In this document: one piece after another, positions 1 through 8,725 of the stretch
How the letters are laid out: every line of letters begins with the position of its first letter
Position numbering within the stretch: the stretch's first letter is position 1
Assembly (NCBI GenBank): GCA_044358425.1
Contig: CP054849.1
Span: forward strand, 487,131 to 527,801
Source of the DNA: Marine Group I thaumarchaeote
GTDB lineage: Archaea > Thermoproteota > Nitrososphaeria > Nitrososphaerales > Nitrosopumilaceae
Reading direction: 5' to 3'
DNA: 40,671 nucleotides
Notes under the pieces: generated by a model
The model's input: only the letters and a program-made list of their open reading frames with translations
Database searches by the model: none
What the model was told of the DNA's origin: nothing
Translations under genes and position numbers: made by a program

Positions 1-585
1 AAGCTTTACGGCTTCTTTGAAGTATGGATTTTCACGTTCCATATCTGCAATTGTTGGTGAGAATGAATAGTAGGCATCGTTGAACATTCCCATGAATTGT
101 TTACCTGATTCTGTTTGTAACAATTGATTATCTCGTAGTTCTCTTAATTGTTGAACTTGTTGTGACATTTCAGAACCGTATGTTGCTGTTGCAATTAGAC
201 AACCTCCACCATTACCTGTTTTCACACTAGTTGTTTCTTTTGCAGGTACAGCTGATCCCGTTTTTGTAAAAGTTGAAACATCTGTCCATTCTTTTAAAGT
301 ATAATCATTAATGTGATTTGCAATTAACATTGTACCTTCAACAAAATTATAATCATCATGATAAATGGTAAATTCGCCAGTATCTGTATCTCCTAATACT
401 GTTGCAACATCCCCATTACTTACAGAAATTGTAACTTTGCCTGGAGATTCAATAAAAACTGTTAATGGATTATCAGGAGTAGGAATTTCATAAACATCTT
501 TATCTAAAAATACGAGTACTACCCCAAAAGCAGTTGATGACATTGTCATCATAATCATAATTCCAATAATAATAGATATTTTCAT
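1..585 (-). CDS. Secreted/surface protein with CFI-box-CTERM domain (3' end runs off the window)
   Basis: Manual translation from ATG at 585 gives a hydrophobic signal peptide (MKISIIIGIMIMMTMSSTAFG) and later GNGGGCLIATATYGSEMSQQVQQLRELRDNQLLQTESGKQFM...FNDAYYSFSP, the typical thaumarchaeal CFI-box-CTERM. The frame is open to position 1. Confidence 0.88.
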   Translation of the reverse strand, partial: MKISIIIGIMIMMTMSSTAFGVVLVFLDKDVYEIPTPDNPLTVFIESPGKVTISVSNGDVATVLGDTDTGEFTIYHDDYNFVEGTMLIANHINDYTLKEWTDVSTFTKTGSAVPAKETTSVKTGNGGGCLIATATYGSEMSQQVQQLRELRDNQLLQTESGKQFMGMFNDAYYSFSPTIADMERENPYFKEAVKL

Positions 586-648
586 AAATTTCAATTAAAA
601 AAAGATGTTAAAAGGATTGAGAATATTTTTTAGGATAAGCGTTTAGCC

Positions 649-852
649 TTATCCCCACCACCAAAATCTCTTAGTGACTGTGATTAGTGATTTGATATTT
701 GCAATATTTTCAGTATTCCATTCGATTTCTTTGTGCTCTGCTAAAACATGTTCTTTGATCTTTGACATTAATTCATCATCGTCATTTCTTGTTGATTCTG
801 CTGACCAATTACACTCTTTGCCTGTAAAATTACAACTAATTGATTTTGTCAT
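649..852 (-). CDS. DUF1059-like small putative metal-binding protein
   Basis: SC..G..C.W...A....EL...I..H....H pattern; lies 2 nt downstream of aspS. Confidence 0.75.
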   Translation of the reverse strand: MTKSISCNFTGKECNWSAESTRNDDDELMSKIKEHVLAEHKEIEWNTENIANIKSLITVTKRFWWWG

Positions 853-854
853 AA

Positions 855-2147
855 TTATGGTGACAATCTGTCTGGATCTCTTGGATAAAGAACTACTTCA
901 CGAACATTATCAATTCCAATCAATGTAGTCATGAGTCTATCTAAACCCATACCCCAACCTGAGTGTGGTGGCATTCCCCAATCGAATGTTTTAAGATGGT
1001 CCTCAAATTGAGCAGGATCTAGACCTTGTTCAGATAATCTTGCCTTCAGTAATTCTGAATCATGAAGTCTGGTTCCTCCTGATGATAATTCTAGATACCC
1101 ATATTGCAAATCAAAAGAACGTGAAAGTGTTGCATCTTCATCTTTTTCTCTGATGTAAAATGGCTTGAGTTTCATTGGCCAATCAGTTAAAAAGTAAAAT
1201 CCTGGGTGGTTATTTCCTATTATTCTTAAATGTGAATCTAATAAGTCGTCTCCAAATTCAATTTTTTCCCCTGCTTTTTTGAGCTCTTCTACACATTGAT
1301 TGTAAGTAATTCTCTCAAATGGGGCAGATGGAATTTCAATTGTATGTCCAATTGATTCTTGTTCTTTTTTACAATTTTCTGCTGTAAATTTGTAAACTGC
1401 AATTACTAATGCTTCTAAAACATCCATGACATCATTATAATCCATAAATGCTGCTTCAATGTCTATACTGGTAAATTCTGTAAGGTGTCTTCCAGTGTGT
1501 GAGTTTTCTGCTCTGTAAAAGTTTGAAATTTCAAATACTCTTTCTAGTCCAATTGTCATTTGTTCTTTGTATAGTTGAGGACTTTGTGCAAGATATGCGG
1601 TCTTTCCAAAATATTCTAATGAAAATAAATCTGCACCACCTTCACTTGCACTACCAATAATTTTTGGTGTTGTAATTTCAATGAATTTTTTTTCAGCCAA
1701 TGTTTTACGTAATATTTGTAGAACATAATGTCTTAACTTGAAAATTGATGCTGTCTTTTGATTTCTCATATCTAGTGCGCGATGATTTAATCTTGTATCG
1801 ATATTACTTTCTAATCTTCCAATTGGGTCTACTGGTAATGGGTGAATTGCTTTTCCTAACACTTCTATCTCTTCGGCTTTTACTTCGAATTCAAAATCTC
1901 TAGCTTTAGTTTCTTGAACAATTCCTTTAATGCTTACAACACTTTGACGATTAATTTCTCCAAGATTATCGTTTAGTTCCCCTTTAACAATTACTTGAGA
2001 AATTCCTGAAATGTCTCGAAGTGTAATAAATGACATTTTTCCTAATTTTCTAAGATCCTCAATCCATCCGCCTAATACCACTTGTTTTCCAATTAATTCT
2101 TGGTTTAATTCTGAAATATCGTGAGTTTTAACAAAAACCATTTTCAT
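855..2147 (-). CDS. aspS: Archaeal-type aspartyl-tRNA synthetase
   Basis: OB-fold N-terminus (GWIEDLRKLG), YLAQSPQLYKE, YRAE motif 2, HLTEF, GMPPHSGWGMGLDRL motif 3, YPRD. Confidence 0.96.
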   Translation of the reverse strand: MKMVFVKTHDISELNQELIGKQVVLGGWIEDLRKLGKMSFITLRDISGISQVIVKGELNDNLGEINRQSVVSIKGIVQETKARDFEFEVKAEEIEVLGKAIHPLPVDPIGRLESNIDTRLNHRALDMRNQKTASIFKLRHYVLQILRKTLAEKKFIEITTPKIIGSASEGGADLFSLEYFGKTAYLAQSPQLYKEQMTIGLERVFEISNFYRAENSHTGRHLTEFTSIDIEAAFMDYNDVMDVLEALVIAVYKFTAENCKKEQESIGHTIEIPSAPFERITYNQCVEELKKAGEKIEFGDDLLDSHLRIIGNNHPGFYFLTDWPMKLKPFYIREKDEDATLSRSFDLQYGYLELSSGGTRLHDSELLKARLSEQGLDPAQFEDHLKTFDWGMPPHSGWGMGLDRLMTTLIGIDNVREVVLYPRDPDRLSP

Positions 2148-2650
2148 TTATCCTCAAATTCTATCTCAATGTCAAGGTTTCGGGCATTTTTAACAATTTC
2201 AACTACTTTTTTGGTGTCAATTGGGAATTTTGGTGTCCATTTACCTGAAACTACTGCTTTTGTTTTTTGATTGCCTCCTGAAAAAACAGAATTAATTGTT
2301 AAAATTTTTGTAGGGAAGAATAAATCCTCGATGAATTTTTTATCTGTCTCATCTGCTTCAACTAGCCAAATTTTTTCTTTAAACTGATCTTGAATTAATC
2401 TGTATAATGTTCTACTTTGCCTAATTGCCATAATGTCATTCTTTGCCATTGATAAAATGAAATTTCCTCCAAAGTCCTTACATGAAAATAAAGTGAAATT
2501 TTCTATTTCTTTGTTTGATTTGGCAATTTTTGCTAATGCAATTGATGCATCTACATCTGCTTTAGTTAGCTCCCCTTTCTCTACTTTTGCTTCACATTGA
2601 GGACATAACACTGCATTTTTTGCATCAAAGCCACATATTGGAAATATCAT
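2144..2650 (-). CDS. Archaeal NusA-like KH protein with N-terminal Cys motif
   Basis: PIC..D.....LCPQCE N-terminus and KFIEDLFFP KH-like segment; 4-nt overlap with aspS start. Confidence 0.7.
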   Translation of the reverse strand: MIFPICGFDAKNAVLCPQCEAKVEKGELTKADVDASIALAKIAKSNKEIENFTLFSCKDFGGNFILSMAKNDIMAIRQSRTLYRLIQDQFKEKIWLVEADETDKKFIEDLFFPTKILTINSVFSGGNQKTKAVVSGKWTPKFPIDTKKVVEIVKNARNLDIEIEFEDK

Positions 2651-2731
2651 TTGAATCGATTTTTTAATTCTAACAATGTTGTTTATATCCCTTAGTGCAA
2701 AATAAAAATTCTAGATGGATCTAAGTAATAC

Positions 2732-3667
2732 ATGACTCTGTTATCTGTTGATGGACTATTTTCTAGATATTCTACATCTAAAGGTCCTGTTTATGCTGTA
2801 GATGATGTAGATTTCCAATTAGATATTGGAGAATCTTTGGGAATTGCCGGTGAAAGTGCATGTGGAAAAAGCACACTTGGACTATCGTTAATTAGAATGC
2901 TTACTGGTGGAGAAAGTTCTGGAAAAATAATTTTTGATGATAAATCTATTTTAGATCTATCTGACTCTGAATTCGATGAAAAATTCCGTTGGAAAAAAAT
3001 ATCTATGATTTTTCAAGGTGCCATGAATTCATTGGATCCTGTTTTTACAATACGTCAACAATTTAATGAAATTCTAAAACAACATAATTTTGATGGAAAT
3101 TCCGATGAATTAATTTTAGACTCGATTACTTCTGTCAATTTAGATGCAGATGTGTTAAAAAAATATCCTCATGAATTAAGTGGTGGGATGAAACAACGTG
3201 TAATCATTGCAATGGCTTTGATTTTAAAACCTCAATTTGTTGTTGCTGATGAACCCACTACTGCATTGGATGTTTTAATTCAAGCACAAATTATCAATCT
3301 TCTCAAAAAATTGAAAAAAGATGGCATGTCTTTTATGCTGATTACTCATGATTTGGCAGTTTTATCTGAAATTGCTGATAAAATTGGAATTATGTATGGT
3401 GGGCAAATGGTTGAATTTGGAACTTCTAAAGAAATTTATGAAAATCCTAAACATCCTTACACTCAAGGACTGATTGAATCAATTCCAACACTTAAGGGGA
3501 AAATTCCAAAATATATTCCTGGAACTCCGCCTAGCTTGCTTGAACCTCCAACTGAATGCCGATTTATTGATAGATGTCCTTTAGCTATTGAAAAATGTAA
3601 AAAACTTCCTCCAAAATTTAAAACAGATACTGGCTATGTAAGATGCTGGCTTTATGAAGAGAATTAA
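2732..3667 (+). CDS. Oligopeptide/dipeptide-type ABC transporter ATP-binding subunit (OppD/DppD-like)
   Basis: Walker A GESACGKS, signature YPHELSGGMKQR, ADEPTTALD, HPYT and C-terminal Cys-rich oligo_HPY domain. Confidence 0.93.
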   Translation: MTLLSVDGLFSRYSTSKGPVYAVDDVDFQLDIGESLGIAGESACGKSTLGLSLIRMLTGGESSGKIIFDDKSILDLSDSEFDEKFRWKKISMIFQGAMNSLDPVFTIRQQFNEILKQHNFDGNSDELILDSITSVNLDADVLKKYPHELSGGMKQRVIIAMALILKPQFVVADEPTTALDVLIQAQIINLLKKLKKDGMSFMLITHDLAVLSEIADKIGIMYGGQMVEFGTSKEIYENPKHPYTQGLIESIPTLKGKIPKYIPGTPPSLLEPPTECRFIDRCPLAIEKCKKLPPKFKTDTGYVRCWLYEEN

Positions 3668-3670
3668 TTT

Positions 3671-3946
3671 TTATGAATTTAGGTACTCGGAATCAATTTT
3701 TTTCAAATATGTCTCTTGAATTAACATAGTTTCTCGTTCTATGATTTTTTTAATAATCATTTTTGCATAATTAATTAAATCTGGTTCTTGATGATCATTT
3801 TCAAATAATTTTATTTTTTTTAATACTGTCTGTTCAAAACCCATTACTTTGTGAAGTTCATCGCTGACTTCCATAATACTCATTTTTTCATAATCTTTTG
3901 GTTTTCTTGAATTAATTTCTTCGATTAATTCTTTAATATTTTCCAC
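3671..3946 (-). CDS. Hypothetical helical protein
   Basis: 91-aa ORF with GTG start and host-like composition. Confidence 0.65.
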   Translation of the reverse strand: MENIKELIEEINSRKPKDYEKMSIMEVSDELHKVMGFEQTVLKKIKLFENDHQEPDLINYAKMIIKKIIERETMLIQETYLKKIDSEYLNS

Positions 3947-3971
3947 ACTTTTCTAATTTTTATTTGATACT

Positions 3972-4067
3972 TTAATTTTGGTTTTCTTTTTTATGTTCTA
4001 AAATATGTTTTAGTCCATCTGTCATGCTAAGTGAATCTAGATCAATCTCACAATATGGACATTTCAA
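3972..4067 (-). CDS. Putative 31-aa C2H2-type zinc-finger micro-protein (not in ORF track)
   Basis: TTG start 14 nt after the preceding stop; MKCPYCEIDLDSLSMTDGLKHILEHKKENQN*, C-x2-C-x14-H-x3-H. Confidence 0.6.
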   Translation of the reverse strand: MKCPYCEIDLDSLSMTDGLKHILEHKKENQN

Positions 4068-4080
4068 ATTATTTCAAATT

Positions 4081-4455
4081 TTAAGAATGTTTTTTAACAA
4101 TTGGTAGACATGAGTCAATGATTCTTAGCATTTCTGATCTGATTACTTTTTTATCTATTGACACCCATACTATTGCTTTTTTGATTGCAAATGATATTGT
4201 TTGTACTTTCTTCCTTTCTTCCCAAACAAATTCCACTTCGCCTAAATTTTTATCAAAAAATCCCTCTAAGTCTGTTTTCATAGCAATATGCGAGAATTGG
4301 TATTTTGTATTTTTTTCATCTAGTAATGGCGTTAAATCTTGTCTTCTAGTATATGCTAATAGCTCTCCTCTCTCCCCAATCACTCCTACAAATCTGATAA
4401 ATGGGCTGATTGAGGCTATGTCTTTACAAATTAATTTGAATTTTTTTACTGCCAT
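4081..4455 (-). CDS. DUF6659-like (roadblock/profilin-like fold) protein
   Basis: IRFVGVIGERGELLA and LGEVEFV...RKKV...SF pattern, shared with 40151-40531. Confidence 0.65.
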   Translation of the reverse strand: MAVKKFKLICKDIASISPFIRFVGVIGERGELLAYTRRQDLTPLLDEKNTKYQFSHIAMKTDLEGFFDKNLGEVEFVWEERKKVQTISFAIKKAIVWVSIDKKVIRSEMLRIIDSCLPIVKKHS

Positions 4456-4532
4456 ACACCGTGTACCATTTTAAATGTATTTTAATCATCTCTTTGTTCT
4501 AAACCTGTTTTGGATTGGTATTTTGAATTTTT

Positions 4533-5033
4533 TTAAAATATTGTCCCTAATCCTACTACTACGATTATGGTCTTGACTATCTTTCCTGAAATCATGAAAA
4601 TTGAAAATTTAACAAATTTCATTTTTTTAATTCCTGCTGATATCAAAATTAAATCTCCGATCACTGGAATCCATGCTGCAAAAAATATTGCACTCCATCC
4701 AAATTTATCTAATATTTTATTGTGTTTTTTTTCATTTTTTTCAATATCTGTTTTTCTTTTAATTTTTTTAAATAATTTATTTCCTCCAAACCCTATGAAA
4801 TAATTTAAAATCCCTCCAATCACTGATCCTATTACTAAGGCTAATGCAACAAGAATAATGTTCTCCCCTCCGATTAATAATGCTGATGTTAAAATTTCTG
4901 TTGGTATTGGAATTGCTGTAGCTGATAATAATGAATTTAGAAATAATCCAATCACACCATATTCCTGAAAATAATTATTTGATAAAATATCTTGAATTAT
5001 TTGATAATATTCTAGAATTAATTCATAACTCAT
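4533..5033 (-). CDS. DedA/YqaA family (VTT domain) membrane protein
   Basis: LSATAIPIPTE, GSVIGG..NY.IG, AWIPVIGD, GKIVK motifs. Confidence 0.88.
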   Translation of the reverse strand: MSYELILEYYQIIQDILSNNYFQEYGVIGLFLNSLLSATAIPIPTEILTSALLIGGENIILVALALVIGSVIGGILNYFIGFGGNKLFKKIKRKTDIEKNEKKHNKILDKFGWSAIFFAAWIPVIGDLILISAGIKKMKFVKFSIFMISGKIVKTIIVVVGLGTIF

Positions 5034-5119
5034 GAATACCCCTCTTTCTTGTGATTATTATTCACTTTGATTTTTTATTGTTAGTTTTGAATAAATATCG
5101 CCTAATTTCCATTTGATTA

Positions 5120-5776
5120 ATGGAGTTAACTGATATCTTTCCGTTTGCTCCAGATGATGGATATTTGATTCTAGCACTAGTTAATTTCATTGGTTCTTTG
5201 GTTCCATTTGTTCCTCTTCCTGGATTTTTACTGCTTGCTACAATGTCTGTAGGCTCTGAGTATGATTTGCATATACTTGCTTTAGTTTCTGCAATTAGCG
5301 CTACTGTTGCAAAACAAATAATATTTTTCCTTAGTTTTAGTGGTCGTAAAATTTTAAATCCAAAAACTAGAACACGAATGAAACCTTTTGAAAGATTAGT
5401 GAAGAAATATGGTGCTGCTGCTGCATTTTTTGCAGCTGCAACTCCGATGCCTGATGATATAATTTTCATTCCACTCGGTCTTGCAAAATATAATGCAAAA
5501 AGATTTTTTGTTGCTACATTAGCTGGAAAAATTGTATTAAGTTACATTATTGTATTTATTTCCCATTACATTGGATTGTCTTTCATTGAACCATTTTTAG
5601 AAAATGTTGATGATCCAACTCCTGTTTACATTGGAATTTTGATTTTTGGTGCTATGATGACTGGTGTTGTACTGTTAGTTTTAAAATTAGATTGGCAAAG
5701 AATTATGGTTAAATTTGCACCTTGGACATTAGATGACACTTTAGATGATGAAAATAATAAAGATTCTAAAAATTAA
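5120..5776 (+). CDS. DedA family (VTT domain) membrane protein
   Basis: PFVPLP, AATPMPDD, RFFVATLAGK motifs; several TM segments. Confidence 0.85.
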   Translation: MELTDIFPFAPDDGYLILALVNFIGSLVPFVPLPGFLLLATMSVGSEYDLHILALVSAISATVAKQIIFFLSFSGRKILNPKTRTRMKPFERLVKKYGAAAAFFAAATPMPDDIIFIPLGLAKYNAKRFFVATLAGKIVLSYIIVFISHYIGLSFIEPFLENVDDPTPVYIGILIFGAMMTGVVLLVLKLDWQRIMVKFAPWTLDDTLDDENNKDSKN

Positions 5777-6330
5777 TTTATTATTTTAAAATTCCACAAG
5801 AATTCTTTTCCTTTTTTTATTCCAATTCTTTGAGTCTCTGCAATTTTTTTTACTTTGATACCTTCTGTAATGTATATCTCTGACTTTTTTGTCAAATCAA
5901 TTCCGTAATGTTCTTTTGTAATGTTTAGTGCTTGTGTAAGTTTTGCTGGACCATTTGTTAAATTTTTAATATTTTTTAAAATTCTATTTTCTTGCATCTT
6001 TTTGATTCCTTTATCTGGTTCAATTGCTCGAATTAAAACTGCCCCTGCTGGCACTTTTGATTTTTTTGCAACAATGTTAAAACAATAATGCATTCCATAT
6101 GTGAAATAAACATATGAAATTCCTACTTCTCCAAACATGACCTTATTTCTATCCGTAATTTTTCTAAATGCGTGACTAGCAGGATCATCCTCGTGCCTAT
6201 ATGCTTCTGTTTCTGTAATGATTCCTGAAATTTCCTGATTTCCTATCTTTCTTACTAGTTTTTTTCCTAATAGTTTTTTTGCAACAATTACTGTATCTCT
6301 CTGATAAAATTTTCTAGGAAGTATATTCAA
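5773..6330 (-). CDS. 3-methyladenine DNA glycosylase (MPG/AAG family)
   Basis: ETEAY, DPASHA, YVYFTYGMHYCFN, AVLIRA, NGPAKL, RIGI motifs. Confidence 0.95.
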   Translation of the reverse strand: MNILPRKFYQRDTVIVAKKLLGKKLVRKIGNQEISGIITETEAYRHEDDPASHAFRKITDRNKVMFGEVGISYVYFTYGMHYCFNIVAKKSKVPAGAVLIRAIEPDKGIKKMQENRILKNIKNLTNGPAKLTQALNITKEHYGIDLTKKSEIYITEGIKVKKIAETQRIGIKKGKEFLWNFKIIN

Positions 6331-6907
6331 TATCTATTTTAATTTTTTTCTTATCTTTTAATTCTTTTATCAATTTGAATAATTTTTTCATATCTTTTTT
6401 TAAGACATCAATTAATTTCTGATTGTAAATTGTTGCAGCTGGATGTACTGTCAAAAAATATAATTGATTATTTTTGCTGACTACTTTTCCTCTAAATTTG
6501 GTAATTTCCTTACCATCTAATAATGAACTAAATGCCGTATTCCCTAAAATACAAATTATTTTAGGTTCTATGATCTCTATTTCTTTTTTAAGATAGTTTT
6601 GACATGTTTCTCTCTCAATTGATGTTGGCACTCTATTTTTTGGTGGCCTGCATTTGACAATGTTTGTAATGTAAACTTCTTCTCGTGTAATTCCTGCACT
6701 TTCAAGTGCAATTGATAATTTTTTTCCTGCAATTCCGATAAATGGTTCTCCTTTCAAATCTTCATTTTTCCCCGGTGCTTCACCTACAAAAATTACATCT
6801 GCTTTAAAATTACCTTTTCCTGCAACTGAATTATTTCGTGTTTGACTTAATTCACACTTTGTACATTCAATTACTTGTTGCTTTATTTTTTCTAATTTTT
6901 TTTCCAT
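6314..6907 (-). CDS. udg: Family-4 uracil-DNA glycosylase ([4Fe-4S])
   Basis: C..C, FVGEAPG..ED..G.PF.G.AG, TNIVKCRPP.NR.P, HPA motifs. Confidence 0.94.
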   Translation of the reverse strand: MEKKLEKIKQQVIECTKCELSQTRNNSVAGKGNFKADVIFVGEAPGKNEDLKGEPFIGIAGKKLSIALESAGITREEVYITNIVKCRPPKNRVPTSIERETCQNYLKKEIEIIEPKIICILGNTAFSSLLDGKEITKFRGKVVSKNNQLYFLTVHPAATIYNQKLIDVLKKDMKKLFKLIKELKDKKKIKIDIEYTS

Positions 6908-6908
6908 A

Positions 6909-8324
6909 CTAATTTACACTTTTTACTGTTGCAGTTCCTCTAATTGTAGGACCTCCGTTTCCCATAATCATTGATTGCATAGGATCTCCTTTACCGCAAT
7001 TAGTTATTGGTCTTACTGTAAAATCATTTCCGCATGCATCTATGGAATTAAAAAATTCAGGTGCAGTTCCCATCACAATAACATCTCTTTGTAAATCTGT
7101 TAATTCCCCATTTTCAATTTTTTGTGCATATTGACATGAAATGCTCCAATTATATCGCTTCATGTCTATTGATGGAACTTTCATATTCGAAATATAGTAT
7201 CCATTTTTCACATCTTTGATCATTTCACTCACATTTTGATTTCCATTACCGATACAGGTGCACGCCATTCGAATTAATGGCATATATCGATAATTTGTTG
7301 CTCTCATATTGCCTGTAGGATCCGTATTGAATATTTGTGAAGTTTCTCTATTTTGCATATGGTTTTTTAGAATTCCATTTTCTACTAGGTTTGTTCTTTT
7401 AGTTTCAACTCCTTCATCATCAAAATAATACCATCCTAGACTATCTTTTATTGTGGGATCATCAAACACATTGAGATTTTCTGAACCAATCTTTTCTCCA
7501 ATTTTTCCTTTCCACCAAGCTCCTCCTGCCCAAGCCATTTCTTTACCTAGAACTCTATCTGCTTCTGATGGATGTCCTAATATTTCATGAGTAAGTAAGG
7601 AAACAAAATCTGGATTCATTACTAGTGTTGTTTTTTCTTCTTTTACTGGTTTTGCATTTATTAATTCTGATGCTTTGTTTGCAATTTCTTTTGCACTTTG
7701 TTGAACTTTATTTTGAATTAATTCTAAACCTCCTCTTCCTCCTTCTGTAATGTTAACTGATTGTGTTAATCCTGATTCATGTGCAGTTGCAATCATTTCG
7801 ATAATTACATCTGTAAAATTTTGTAAAATTTCTGAACCTTCTGAATTAACAAAATATTTTGAACTAGTTACATAATATGGATTTGTTACTGATTTAATTA
7901 TTAATGGTGAATCCATTATTATTTTATTACATTCTAATCCTATCGATGTTAATTCTTCAATTTCTGGTTTTTTTAATACAGGAAAATCAATCTGTTTTTT
8001 ATTTATTGGATTGTCATGAAGATTAATTTTATTTTTTTTATTTGAATTTGTATAATCTGAATTTCTTATTGTATCATCTAAAATATTTTTTATTTCATCA
8101 AATGATTTTGGATTGCTAATTGAACAAAAACTCCATGCACCATTTTTAATTAATCTGACTCCTATTCCTTTATCTTCACTATTTCTAACATGTTCAATTT
8201 CATTATTTTCTATTAATGTAGATTCTTTCACCTGCTGTTCTGCTCTGGCATCACAATATTGCACGCCTGATTGTTCTGCATATTCAATTATTTTATCAGC
8301 TAAATCCTGTAATTTTTTATCCAT
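6909..8324 (-). CDS. tldD: TldD family metalloprotease
   Basis: HEILGH (HExxxH), DDPT, FDDEG, C-terminal CGK.DP.Q. Confidence 0.92.
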   Translation of the reverse strand: MDKKLQDLADKIIEYAEQSGVQYCDARAEQQVKESTLIENNEIEHVRNSEDKGIGVRLIKNGAWSFCSISNPKSFDEIKNILDDTIRNSDYTNSNKKNKINLHDNPINKKQIDFPVLKKPEIEELTSIGLECNKIIMDSPLIIKSVTNPYYVTSSKYFVNSEGSEILQNFTDVIIEMIATAHESGLTQSVNITEGGRGGLELIQNKVQQSAKEIANKASELINAKPVKEEKTTLVMNPDFVSLLTHEILGHPSEADRVLGKEMAWAGGAWWKGKIGEKIGSENLNVFDDPTIKDSLGWYYFDDEGVETKRTNLVENGILKNHMQNRETSQIFNTDPTGNMRATNYRYMPLIRMACTCIGNGNQNVSEMIKDVKNGYYISNMKVPSIDMKRYNWSISCQYAQKIENGELTDLQRDVIVMGTAPEFFNSIDACGNDFTVRPITNCGKGDPMQSMIMGNGGPTIRGTATVKSVN

Positions 8325-8358
8325 ATTCTACTAATTATGATGAGTTCTAAATCTTGTA

Positions 8359-8511
8359 CTATTGGTGACTAGATATTGCAGGCATGGTGAAATAGTATTC
8401 ATCTTCAAATTCGAAGTCTACATTGCTATTTTTTCGTAAAAATTCAAAATAAAGCGTACAATTTTGGTAAAATTCTTCATTTTTCTGTGACCCCTCTTTC
8501 ATGATTTCCAT
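8359..8511 (-). CDS. Putative 50-aa small protein (not in ORF track; alternative start 8502)
   Basis: Manual translation MEIMKEGSQKNEEFYQNCTLYFEFLRKNSNVDFEFEDEYYFTMPAISSHQ*; fills the gap just upstream of tldD on the same strand. Confidence 0.55.
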   Translation of the reverse strand: MEIMKEGSQKNEEFYQNCTLYFEFLRKNSNVDFEFEDEYYFTMPAISSHQ

Positions 8512-8725
8512 ATGAATCTGGCAATTTTTTCTTGAGAGTGAGTGATTTTGATCCTACCTGTTTGTTTTCTTTTACCAATTTAGTTTGGATTTTTTTATCA
8601 ATAAATGAACTCGTGAATTATTGTGACTGTTGGGTGATTGGTCTCTTTTACAATTTATTAATTCTAGTAGTATTCGATGAATAATAACCTCAAGGGTTTT
8701 AATTTAAAAAAATTTAGTACCCTTA

